DNA from: Phallusia mammillata
Lineage: Eukaryota
Direction: 5' to 3'
DNA length: 64,000 nt
NCBI GenBank assembly: GCA_965637545.1
Contig: OZ281497.1
Span: forward strand, 10,602,001 to 10,666,000
Both the position numbers and the translations under genes were made by a program. Shown piece after piece: positions 25,154 through 37,223 of the stretch. The notes beneath the pieces were generated by a model, which saw only the letters and a list, made by a program, of their open reading frames with translations, ran no database searches and was not told the DNA's origin. Within the stretch, counting starts at the first letter, position 1. Each line of letters opens with the position of its first letter.

Positions 25154-26410
25154 TATCATCCAGCAAAATATGATGCATCAAACAAATCAGCCAATCCAAA
25201 CAAAGCATTTCTGGAAATAAAATACTTTTAATTGTTTTATAACACACGATTCACCTTAGTGTTTCAAATTTGTTTCCAACGATCAGTCTCTTAGCATTGA
25301 GTTGGAACAACTTGTATTTAACCAGCTAATTCTCTCCCAGATATTGTGTTTACTTTCAATGGCGGCATCCTGCGTGACATTTACATAACATTTCGTTATT
25401 GCTTGGTGGTCGTCGTAATGAGCGTGATATAGGCACAGTGAAGTGGAGAAAATACGGTTTAAAAGGCAGCAGCAGCTATAGTCTGGATCTTGCTGAATTT
25501 GCTCTACTATCAACTTCTTTTCGCTGCTGTTTACCGACTAAGGTGAGTATCCAATAATGATTTAGGAGACAACTCACATGTGTGTTGTACATACTGGGCA
25601 TTAAGCTTTACTCCAACTTGCTTGATTGCAGCAACTTTTGCCAATAATGTAAGCATTTTATAGTTGAAGCTGATGCAATATAATAAATCTGCTAAAATTT
25701 TCCGTTGTGTCAAATAAGGAAAATTTGCACAATAGTAATTTTTCACAAATGTACAAGCTTTCCGAAAGTCACAACTAAACTAAACATTGTATTGTTGTCG
25801 CAAACAACTTAAAAATTGTCTTAGGTTCGTGCATTTTATAGTTGATAAAATAAAGGCAATTAAGTCGTTTTTTATCATTTCTGAATTCGATGTAAACCGC
25901 ACTTACGGCTTCCATCGCTACGATGACTCAGCCAAACGCACTTTTCGTCGTTACTGATCGTCATACATAAAGGCGGTTTTAGCAACAAAGGATAAAGATA
26001 TTTTATCTCGTCAAGTGATACCAAAACAAACCAATTACACTTTGCTAATCGATGACAACGCCTAAAACCCTTGTCACAAAATCCGACTTAGTCACGAACT
26101 GCAAATGAAGTGGAATTCAACAGAGCAAAGTATGAAATGACATTCTCGCCCTTTTGCAAACACATGTTCGCGCAATATATGTAGGTTTAGAGATCGGCTG
26201 TTCACCTTTGCTTTTATGTAACCTTACGTTTGCTAAACTAGGTTTAGATTTCATTATGACTGCATGTGTATGCGTGAATTTATTTCTAAAGTGATATTTA
26301 TTTTTGGTCGTGAAATATGGTTTGTGAGAAAACATTCGTACAAGTTAGTGTTGACTGAAGGTCAATCAAAAATGGTAAAAAAGACAAACAAAACAACCAT
26401 ATTTAAATGT

Positions 26411-26500
26411 AGCTTTTTTAGCTTTTTTTTACTACCCTTCTTAGCTTTTTTACTACCTCTTTTTTTACTACCCTTCTTAGCTTTTTTACTACCCTCTTTC
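26411..26500. repeat. Low-complexity tandem repeat (ttttttactacc[cttcttagc])n
   Basis: Four copies of ttttttactacc with alternating spacers. Confidence 0.85.
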
Positions 26501-29500
26501 TGGTATTGTGTAAAAGTTAAAGGTTTAATAAAACGCATAATAGGAAAGAATGTAAATAGTAACCATGAGTTTCCTTTCCACAATGGATTTATTGTTTGCA
26601 TTGTGTATTCCAAGTCAGTCCTAACATAAAGATACCACAAAATCTGGGATTTTCTGGTGATATGAAACAATGGTTTGTAACATTTGACAGCATTCTGGTT
26701 TATTTGCCTGAAACTTTTACGACGTTTAGGAATTGCTCTTTAACACGGATCCCCTTTGAACAGTCATGCTACATTTCTGCTGGTATTAGAACATATATTC
26801 GAAAAGCAAGTTGTTTAGTGACAAAATGACTAAGACATTTGTTTTAGGGTTGTGATGTTTGTATACTTTGGAAAGCTTAGAAAACTCGCAGACGAATACT
26901 TGTTCAAAAATATGTACTGTAGTAGACGAAGTTGATAAAAATTGGTCGGTTATGTTTTAGCGATTCTGACTTGGTTGGTTTTTATTTGTTTTTTTTACAT
27001 TAGTATACCTGGTCAAGTTAGAAAGGTTGCTTTTAAGTCAAGAATTAAAGAAATAAGCACTGTAGATTTGCTTGTAAATCGAAATATGTGCTGTTAAATT
27101 TTATATATCTTGCATTTTTCTTTGCATGCTTTTGTAATTGCACAAACCGGAAACAAACTGCGTGTGGCCGAATTTAGTAGTTAATCACGTGACAATGTTA
27201 TGGTAATTATGCGACTTACAGGGACTCAAGTTTGGTTGGATTTGCTACCGAGCACAATTTGGATGCGTGTGTGGTGGGTTTGCGTTTGTCTCCTGATTCC
27301 ATCAGGATACCAAAAATCTCGGTTATACCGGCCAAAATCATGTTAAAAAAATCCCGGTTGATAGAAGTAGCAAAGTGTAGTGGTCCAAAAGCAGGTTTAC
27401 AAATCATCACGGTCCTGTTTGGTAGTACAGCATAAAAGTGAAGATACAATCAGAAAAATATTACTTGTGGCTGTAAATGACATTTTTAAGCATGAAACCG
27501 GGTATTACTGACTATCAGCAATCACACTAACAGCTGGCTGTAAAGTGCAAGGCGGAAGAACGAGATGAAGTTCCAACCGTTTGCAAGAGATCAACAACAT
27601 TCAAGTATGTTTTACGCGCACTTGTGAAAAGTGCGGTCCGCTGCTCCCGCTATCACAAGGATGTGGTGAACCCTAATTGACTGCCTTATCACAAGCTGTC
27701 GACCTTTTTTATTTTATTTCCATATCCGCCAAGTGGCGACTGGTATACTCTTATAAGAGGGCATTACCACGCGTCGCATCTTAGAGGCATTACCACGCGT
27801 AACGTTGCCTGCACAAGCAGTAAAACCAAAAAAAGTCAACAACGGTGGTTTCGTTAGTCCGCCTCCCCCAATCGACATGACAAGTGATTCATACAACATG
27901 TTTCACGCACCGCGTCACTTGTTTTTTTCAATCGGCTTGTGTGAGGTGATTGCGGTGGGAGGATTTGGCCCTTATCGCCAAGCATGATAAATCGTGTGGT
28001 TGCATGTGACACGACTTTTTAAAATTCAAATAATAAGCCAAAGGATAACGATCTATTTATACCTTGTACTCAATGCTTTTAATTGTTACCATGACGAAAA
28101 AACCGCTTGTTGAACCGAATTGGAGTAAAATGAATACACGTTTATATAACCGAATGTCGGCTTCAAAGTTGAGGCGAGGTTATTGTTTGAGTTCGATTCC
28201 TTTGGCAAATTTATTTCTCTGGTGAATGTAGCATTTATTCATGCAGCTTGCTTGTTTAGGTTTGGGCTGTGTCCCAACCGATGACTTTGTAATTTTCCAG
28301 CCCTCTGTGTTGCACAAAAGGTCAGGGTATAAACGTGTGTCGTACAAAAAAACGTTAATTTCTAAGCTTAATATAGCTGAGGTGATGGTAGCCTATACAT
28401 GGCGGTCCAATCTGGCCCGGTGCCGGCGCTGGACGATAAGTTTGTGTTACCTTCAACAAACAGTTGCGCCGGGCACGTTACGTTGCAGCGGGCGATGTTT
28501 AAGCCTCCTACTTATGGCGTCATGCACCGTAGATAGCCGCATGACCAAAACGCCGCCGGGCGCCAAACGGATGTGCCCACATTCTTTCCGCGTTTTTTTG
28601 CTAAAATCTTCGACGAAAAAAATCGGGGCCTAGTCGCCGAAAAGGTCACTCTGACGTAATAGGCCCCGCGCGTGGCTGACGCGTAATTAACGTTGTGATC
28701 TTTTTACACACTGGGGGCACGCGCCTCGTTCTTTTTTGTGTGGCGCCCGCCTAATTCTGTTGTTATGAGTAATCTTCGCGAGGAGTGAGAAGTCTTTAGT
28801 TGCTGTTCTGCTTGGTTAAGTTCGGATACACTTACTTTATGAGCTGGCGCTCAAACGTTTGTCAATGTTTGAATGTGGTAAAGAACCGGTTTAGACCAGA
28901 ACAACAAATTTAACAGAGGCTTTCACAAGAATGTTCTTTGTTTCAATCACATAAGATTAAGTAGTCAACAACGCGTCTTTAAACATTAAAATCAAACTTG
29001 AATTGTAGCCAAAACTAGAATCTAGCTCATTGTATGACTGTTGGCAGCATTGACCCACTCGCAAAACAGAAAGAAAATAATCATTGTCCTGTGCAGTTTT
29101 AACTTGACACAATTGAAGTCAATGTTGAATGACCTTTTTGACAGTCAATGTCAACGTTAAAAGTAAAAAAAATAGTTCCCGAATTCGTGCGACCCAGGGG
29201 AACTGGAAACGCTTTTGTCCATCAAAGTCTCCCAACTTTGTTATTCCAAGGGCGTTAAGTTGGCCGGCTTTGCATTGTTATTGTAGAGCTGATGGACAGA
29301 CTTACAACCGATCCCGACAGTTCTTTCATGTGAAGAATTTGCCGCGGATCTTTTGCGACGCCCCATTGATATCTTGAGGCCCCAGCCATGAGTCGTGATA
29401 CCAAGAAATTGGCATCTGATTTTTGTGACTGCTGTTGAAAGCTAATTTCTGAAATAAACAAGGAATTTGCAGATGTAAAACAAAAAAGAAAAGATTTAAC

Positions 29501-32500
29501 TGGATAAAGACATTTTTATAGATTGTGTTCAAAAGCAGTAGTATGTAGTTTATATATTGTCCCGAACTAACTAAGCTATAAGCTTTCACATCATTATCAA
29601 AGACGCGAAAAAGAAAACTATGCTAGTGCTGACGTACTGCCCTACTATCTTATAAGATTATATTGTGTTTGCGGTACGTTTTAATACACATCTTGGAATA
29701 TAAAACGATCCCCTTGCTCTATGGCAAACTATTGGTAATTACGTCATACAGCCGCAATGTACCGAAATAACAAGCAATTTGAAATTCGTCGCATTGACAC
29801 CAACCAGTCTCTTCAGTTGCTGCTTCGACCTTCGCGGTTTTGTCGCTTAAATAAAGTGCACCTGAAGTTTTGATTTTCAAAAAGCGGTAGGACTACGTAA
29901 TGTTTTGCTTTTGCCGCGTGGCCTAGAAAGTTAACTTTCATCGTAATAACATACCGTTAATCCCGATTTAAAGCAGCTAGGCGATAACAGAAAGCATAGA
30001 CACGTGGTAGCCTTATCGTATCAATCACTGAAAGCGCCGTTCACAGAAGAAAGCGTCGCTATTGGATGGATTAAAGCTACTCAGACAATGGCCTGCTATG
30101 TTGTCACTGAACAATTTCTCCCGATAATAAAGTGTGTATGTTTATCGCCGAAGCCAAGTTTATCTGCGCAAACTCAGCATTGCTATTGCCAGATTTACCT
30201 AGGCATCACAGAGCGTAGTATTGTACAGCGACGCTAAGCATCAATTACCAAATTCGCTTAGCTAATTGCTCACAGGCGCGCGACAACAAATATGTGCTCG
30301 AACAATCACGCAACACAATACAGACGCTGCCCTGTGTGAGTCCAAGCAGAAAATCTCATCACATACCCTACACTTGTTTTCCAGGGTTTCACCAAAGTCC
30401 CTTGTTGCTCTGTTTGCTGCGGTGACGCTTACGAGGGATTCCGCAAATAAACAGGAAAAAGTTGTTTTAAGGGATCCCAGGGATTAGATGGGGTGCATTT
30501 TAGGCTACTCTGTTCTTGGAAGCCTAAAGTCGTGCGGGTTAGGGCTTGCTTCAATAGTATCGGTGAACGAAGAGTCTGATTTCATTTTGATAAATTGGTG
30601 GATGACGCGATAATCTTAACGGGCCAATTACCGTGACTGTAGATATAGGCCCTATATGATGCGTTTTAGGGCCTCAAAACCCCAGCAAATATTCGATTAC
30701 AACAATACCCAAACGATAAAACATTTCTCGTCGCGGAATAAGAAATTTTCTCACGAGATTTTTGTAACAAATACATTTTTGGAATCGTTGTAAATAGTTT
30801 TCAAAAGCGATTTTATACAGATCTATCGTTTAAAAAGTTTTATACCATTTTTTATGACCGAAGTACTGTTAACATTTTATAGTTTATGAGTTTTTTTGGT
30901 TTTTATGCGTGTACTGCAAGTTGCCTTTTGCACAAATCCTTTTGTGTCTTTGAAATCGAGGAGAAACCCTATAGGATTTGAGTTGACCACTTCAAAGAGC
31001 CAACAACAACCGCTCTTGCATGTTAACCCTCCATCACATTGAGCTTCGTGTGCGAGCTTCGCAACTTGACACTAGGGTCACGTGATGGGTCATGGCCTGT
31101 TTGTCAATAAAACCGACGATGCGTGACGCAACGAGAAGGAAAGTGGTGACTTGCAGTTGCACACAAACAGCTTACCGAATTAGCTTTGTTTTGGAAATTT
31201 GTATGCAGACATGGATAGTATGAATCAAAGTGAAGAAGTACATCGCTTTCAACTTTGTATTGTGTGCTTTAAGTGTTTTCAGTAACAGACTTTTTTTCGA
31301 AATCCAAGGTGACTTGCACAATTACCCAGTGTTGCAAATAAGACCACTTTCGGCGTATTTTACGCAACGCGTTTCTTGTGATGGTGAAAAATTCACGTGA
31401 TTATTCTTTTTGATTGTTTTAAATGATTCTGTGAAATGCCTCATGTAAAAGTTTTTATGTCATAATACATAAGCAACCCCTGGCACATTATCGGAAATAC
31501 CAACTAGAGTTTTGCTTCTTAAAATGCAGTGTAGCCTCTGGGTACACATATGACGTAATAATTGCCAAGTTCTTACCTTTAAAAACCGCTTCATGCGATT
31601 TTATTTGAGAGTGACCACAGCACAGCACGCTTATCGCTTTGGAATCATGAAAATGCGTTCGCCGAATTTACTGTTTGTTGTACAACTTGAAACTTCATTG
31701 AAATCTCGCCTTATTTGTCAGCCGGATCGAATTATGCGTCATCGGATTAAATAGACAAAACAGATCAACATTTAGCAGGGTGTATGCAAATTAGTGCTAT
31801 GTCAAATAAACGATGGTTTTAAACAGAGATGTTTGCAGATGTGTATTTGCTTCTGCGTTTGTTAGCTTTAAACTGCATACGTTACTAATTCAAACAACGA
31901 TTACTCCTTGATTTCATCAATTTTTCAAGACACAAAACTGTATGGATTTAACCCTAAAGGTCACGTTTAACAGGAGATGAAACCGTTTTCGGTGTTTCTT
32001 CCATGCAACTTGACAGACATTGGCCTCAGCTTTAAAGAAATCATACATTTTTGACGCATGTTTGCTCACTGTCGCAATAGTTTCAAATTCTTCTTATGCC
32101 CCCAATGAGTCACAACTAACAGACAGAAAAGCACCATTAGCAAACATATCGTAAACTACAGTGATTCAGATCTTTATCAGGTCTGATGCCATTACCAGAC
32201 TGCCAGGTTGATGACCAACCGCTACCATATCTGCTGCAAGTAATTCTCCCAAGTGATCTTGATCAAGTGCTCAACATTGATGTGGGTTGTTTAGCAACGT
32301 GCTGTGTGAAATACGCCCGAAAGTCCCAATACATTGTCAATCACTGACAAGAAAAAACATGCATTGTGACGTCACACGCGTGTTAAGTATTGGAACTTGA
32401 CAATTGTTACAATGTACAGGTCCACATTTTCTCATTACTCGGCGCTTTTTGGTATTCTGGCCGTATTCCTTAATCAAATGCCAAAAAATGCGCGTTTTGG

Positions 32501-33425
32501 CCCTTAAACTTGTTGTTCTAACAAATTTCACGAAAAATTTGGGATTCGAGCGCACAAATGGGTAAAATGAAAGCACTGCTTTAGATGAAACACGTGATTT
32601 GTAATATGTAATGTGTGTAGGATTCCTATAGGAAGTTCCAGTATCTTCAAGTGGGTGTAAAGTTTTTTTTTAACTTTCTGACGTAAAATTTCCCCTTCCA
32701 ACTATACCCAAGGCATATAGAGCAAATCACCCTTAATAAAAAAAGTATAAAAAACGGACTTCGAATCTTCAGAAAAACGTTTACACCTTTCTAGTCACGT
32801 TATGATGTAGCTTTCGGGCATTACCCTATATAGAGGCAAAATCTCCAACCGTCAATCACAATGATGGATTAGTGATTTAAGTCGAACGAACAATGACCTA
32901 ACCGTGCAGTTGTGTTGACAACAACCGGTCAGCAGCCTTTACGTTTAATATTCCGTGACTGGCCAAACCAAATCAGCAACCGCATTAGTTTGATTCATTG
33001 ATCAGTGTTTATTTAAAACAAGGGTGTTCCGGCATTTGCGCCGTTTTTTCAAGTGCATTTCCTCTAACGTATGTTTGGTAAGGATCATCTTCCGTCGATG
33101 TTAAATCCACGAGAAACCAATGTGTCTCGGCTTATTCGAAACGCTGCTTATTTTTGGCGCCTGCATTTCATACCTGGTCACGTGTTTAACTTTGTGTGGT
33201 CCAAATTGCGAGGTCTGTACTTCCAAAAAAAGAAGTTACATTTAAAAAACATTTGTTTGTAGTTTCTCTGCCGTCCAATAGTAGCGACTTCAAAATGCAA
33301 CAACGTCTAACGAAAATCACTGTTATTGTACTCGTATTCACCTGTGGGGTGGAGCCTTAGATCATTTAACGATATGCTGTTCATGCTTCCTTCCCTTTTT
33401 CACAAAGGCATGTTAATTTGGATTT

Positions 33426-33480
33426 CTACGTTGCCCTCTTGTCTCTACGTTGCCCTCTTGTACCTACGTTGCCCTCTTGT
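33426..33480. repeat. 19-bp tandem repeat x3 (ctacgttgccctcttgt core)
   Basis: Read directly from the sequence. Confidence 0.9.
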
Positions 33481-35594
33481 CGGTCGAGTTAGGTTCAGTA
33501 AGATTGAAGATAATCTAATCTTCCTCAATTTTCTCCGTAGTTTGTAACAAAGAAACATTTAGATACCTAAAATTTTGTTTTGAAGTGTTTGTTGTATTGT
33601 GCCATATTAGCCTTACAGGTGCATGGTGTATTAAATTTCAACTTTCCATGTAAGCGATTTCTAAAATCGCAAAAGTTTCAAAACAATTGTAAACCGTGTT
33701 TACACAGTCGCAATAAACCCGTTTGACCTTTTAGATTTTCTATTGTAACTTGTCCTCTATATATGGACAGCATTAAAACAATCCATGTTCGCCTCGAAGA
33801 AAATTAAAAACAAGGTTATCAGCTATGATTTTCAAGTTTTACGCGCTTCTAACTTATGTTTTAAAGGTCGCGTATTCCTGATTAGGTTGATGTAATCTTG
33901 TCGTTCAGTTAAAACTTTACTCGTGCACGAACCTTGTTTAATGTGTGAGAAATCATGTACTAGTGGTAACTTGGGAGGTCTATGAAATGCATTACTTTCT
34001 CCTTTTGCGGAATTGTGAAGTTTCTCCCTAAATGTTTGCTCTGTATGGGAGGCCAGTGAACTGGCTTTAAGAAACGTTTGTTAACGAGTGGTTGAAATAT
34101 TACTTTTGGTGAGATTTACATCATCGTACTATCAATCAAAACATTATCTCAACGAGTTGTTGGCATCATTGTGTGTTTAGGGCAAATACATTGCAAAGGT
34201 CATCAACATTTTCTCACTTTCAGTTAAGATGAACATAAATTTATAACTGGGATCAGCCCTGACGCGCTCATGCAGACCAGCGATCGTATGTAAATCATGC
34301 GCGCCAGGCCTTTTGAAGGCGTTATACTGAATCCGCCGGTCACCAAGCATTCCCACATGGCAAATCATTCTCACTTTGAATTCGAAAATGAGGAGCAAAA
34401 TTCTGATTTTGTTTGCAAAATCCATTCGTGGCCAACAGTTTCCCATGTTTTTATCGGAGATATTTAAATGGAGAATACAAATGCTTTTACCGTTATTTTG
34501 ATTTATATTTTTAGATGTTACTAGAATCGATAGGTCTTGACTTAAATTACTGTAAAACGTTTGTTTACCTAAATATACGAGGCTAGAGGTCCTACCTAAC
34601 TATAAGCCACACAGAAATGTGCGCGACCGCAAAAAAATAATGCTGCATAGTATTCAAGCTTTCAGCTTAGAACGCACGCACAATTATGCACAGTGACATC
34701 ACTGTTCAGACTGGAATACAAATCTGCGACAGGCGCACCTATGAAGTCAACATGACATTGCCCCTACACGTTCTTTGTTGTAGCCAAGATATTTTAGAAT
34801 GTAACTGTTATAAAACTTAACCTATTAGAGTGCCTTTAAACGTAACTTGAAACAATGCTTATAATTTGTGTGTGGAAAAATCGCACATAGTTTGGTAACA
34901 GTCTGATTAAGATTTCCCAACATGTTTTATTTTTGACACACAAAGAGTGCTGATTTAAATACGTCCAGCTTTGTGCTAAAAATCTATTTTAAGCAATATT
35001 AATCTCTTTGTATGCACTGTTCACTTTTATAACGTCGACAACCATTTGCAGCTTGTTGCAAAATTTGGTACACCCGAACAAGCAAAACAAATTATCAGTG
35101 GTCAGTATTGATTATTTTCTCACCCATAAAAATGTTTAAAATAGCAAATGTCACGCGTGGCAAAAATTTAGAAAAGAGGCCAATGTAAACTCCTTAAAAT
35201 ACATTTGCAAGTGTTTATGTACACAGACCACCTTTTTGATGCTGGTTGAAACGTTGTAACCTTCTCCGTTTTTGCTGCGACAATGATATGCTTTGTTTGG
35301 GCCAGTAGTATTCGACTTCACGGTTGGCCGCGCCCACGTGGGTTTTCGACTTTTCGACCAGCCGTGAACATATGAAAGCGAAATGAGCTCCAAAAATAAC
35401 TTACCGGTGTCTATTTTTGCAACTGTTGCATTTGTGCGTATAGCGTGCACTTTCAAGTTGTGGGTTGTGCGCGTCATTACTACGTCATAAACTTGGTCGT
35501 TTGTTCTGTTTGCGTCATCAATGTTACGCTCGATTGCTTTGTCTGTAAACAATGGTAGTTCTAGGTCTTAAATTAGCGTTGCAGGTAGCCTTAA

Positions 35595-37223
35595 CCCTTT
35601 GAGGGACACACTTTTTTGTGCACTGCTTTTTTTAATTCAGTCAACAAATCTTAGTTAAAATGGGTCAAAAAAAGTATTCCCCTCAAAAAAAATTTGTAAT
35701 TTCTTAGTTTGTTTATTTTAGAGCATGGTACATATATGTACCAGCAACCATTTGGGAGAATTTTTTTTTGAAAAAAATTTTTTTTCAATTTTGGTGCAAA
35801 TCCATTTTTATAGTAAAAACTGTATTCAAGGATCACTGTAAGTAAACTCTGTTAACTAAAAACACTTGTATTCCATGTATTTGATTAGTAAATACAAAAC
35901 AACAAACAAAACCTAGTCAACAGCATACAAAAATGCCAGAAAAATTGTAAATGTAGAATAATGGTGCAGGTATTTCAACAATAGTTGTTGTCATTACCGG
36001 TGTAGGATTTCAGTTCAGTAAACTTAGCTTCACAAAAACATAGAGATGAAAAGGAAATGCTAGTTTTGTACGAAGAAATCATAGATAGCAAATGGTAACA
36101 GGTCACAAAAATTAAAATACAACCAAATCAAGCACAGAAACTTATTTTTCATGATAAAGTTTAAAGCATTTCCTATCCTTTGTACAACAAAAATATGTGT
36201 CACACTGGACATACTTGTTGTTGGTTCTGTTCTGAATCTTTTGACATGTGCAAAGCTTACACCTTTGTCTATTGTTGATTTTTTCAATTGTATTGACTTT
36301 GCTGGATCTTTTCTTGCAAATACTAGAATTGTGGCCCTTGAAATTTGATCACATGTTCATCAACAGAAGAAAATAGGACTGATAGAAATGATGAATTAAA
36401 ATCCTGTAGTACTGGCCTAATTTTAAAAGCCCTATCATACATTGGATCATTTCTCGGTTTCATATTTTCATTGTTGTTGAAGTTCAACTTGCTACTGATC
36501 TCTTCTAATCACTAGGACTTTGCTTTTTTTGCTACCGTACAATCAAGCATTGAACTGGCAGCAACAATTTAGAATCTTTTAGTAGAACCTTAACATCTTC
36601 TGCATCTAAAGCAAGATCATCTTCAGTGTCGCTAACATCAGCAAACAAAATTTCCTCCACAATGCTATATGTCAGTGGAAAAACTAACTTTTTGTTCCAG
36701 TCACTTTTGTTCTGAAATGTCTTAAAATACAAATAAAAAATACTAAAAACCTTAAATGTGCTGTTTTGTAGTTCTAATTGGACTTAAAAAACAAACAATA
36801 GCATTTTTCAACAAAACCGAAAATTTTGACTTTTTTTCCCCAAATGGACGGTGGTACATATATGTACCATAACATGTATGTCCAAAATTTTTACATTTTT
36901 ACTTGGGTTTTATTTTTTAAAACTAGTAATTATTGATAACCAACACATAAACAATAAAAAACGTTATCAGTCACTTGTTTTTATGTTTTTGTATACTTAC
37001 CAATAAGTGAAACAATTATGCCCTTGAGAATGACCGAAAACTGACTACTTTAAGGCACAAAAACAGCTGATCTGAAGGTGGCAAGTGCAAAAAAATCATA
37101 GAAATATGAACATTAAATCCAAATTGAGAGGTTGTGTGAAAATTATATCGATCGAACATCAAATTAATTTTCTACGACGCTTCAAAGTTGTGGTACATAT
37201 ATGTACCAGTAACCCTCAAAGGG
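35595..37223 (-). mobile_element. Internally deleted piggyBac DNA transposon
   Basis: TTAA on both sides and TIR ccctttgaggg / ccctcaaaggg. Minus-strand relics: acidic N-terminus (IVEEILFADVSDTEDDL), DPMYDRAFKIRPVLQDFN..SVDEHVIKFQG (first catalytic Asp region) and C-terminal RCKLCTC..QCDTYFCCTKDRKCFKLYH. Three copies of the palindrome tggtacatatatgtacca. Confidence 0.95.

Noticed and set aside
26362-26670. Minus-strand ORF containing GSKKAKKGSKKRGSKKAKKGSKKK, resembling a histone H2B tail or protamine-like repeat
   Set aside because: It is the translation of a T-rich tandem repeat; no histone fold follows and the flanks are not protein-like.
33426-33480. Short direct repeats (here, at 47088-47135 and at 52254-52285) as CRISPR-like arrays
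   Set aside because: Eukaryotic context, no unique spacers and no cas genes; these are ordinary tandem repeats.
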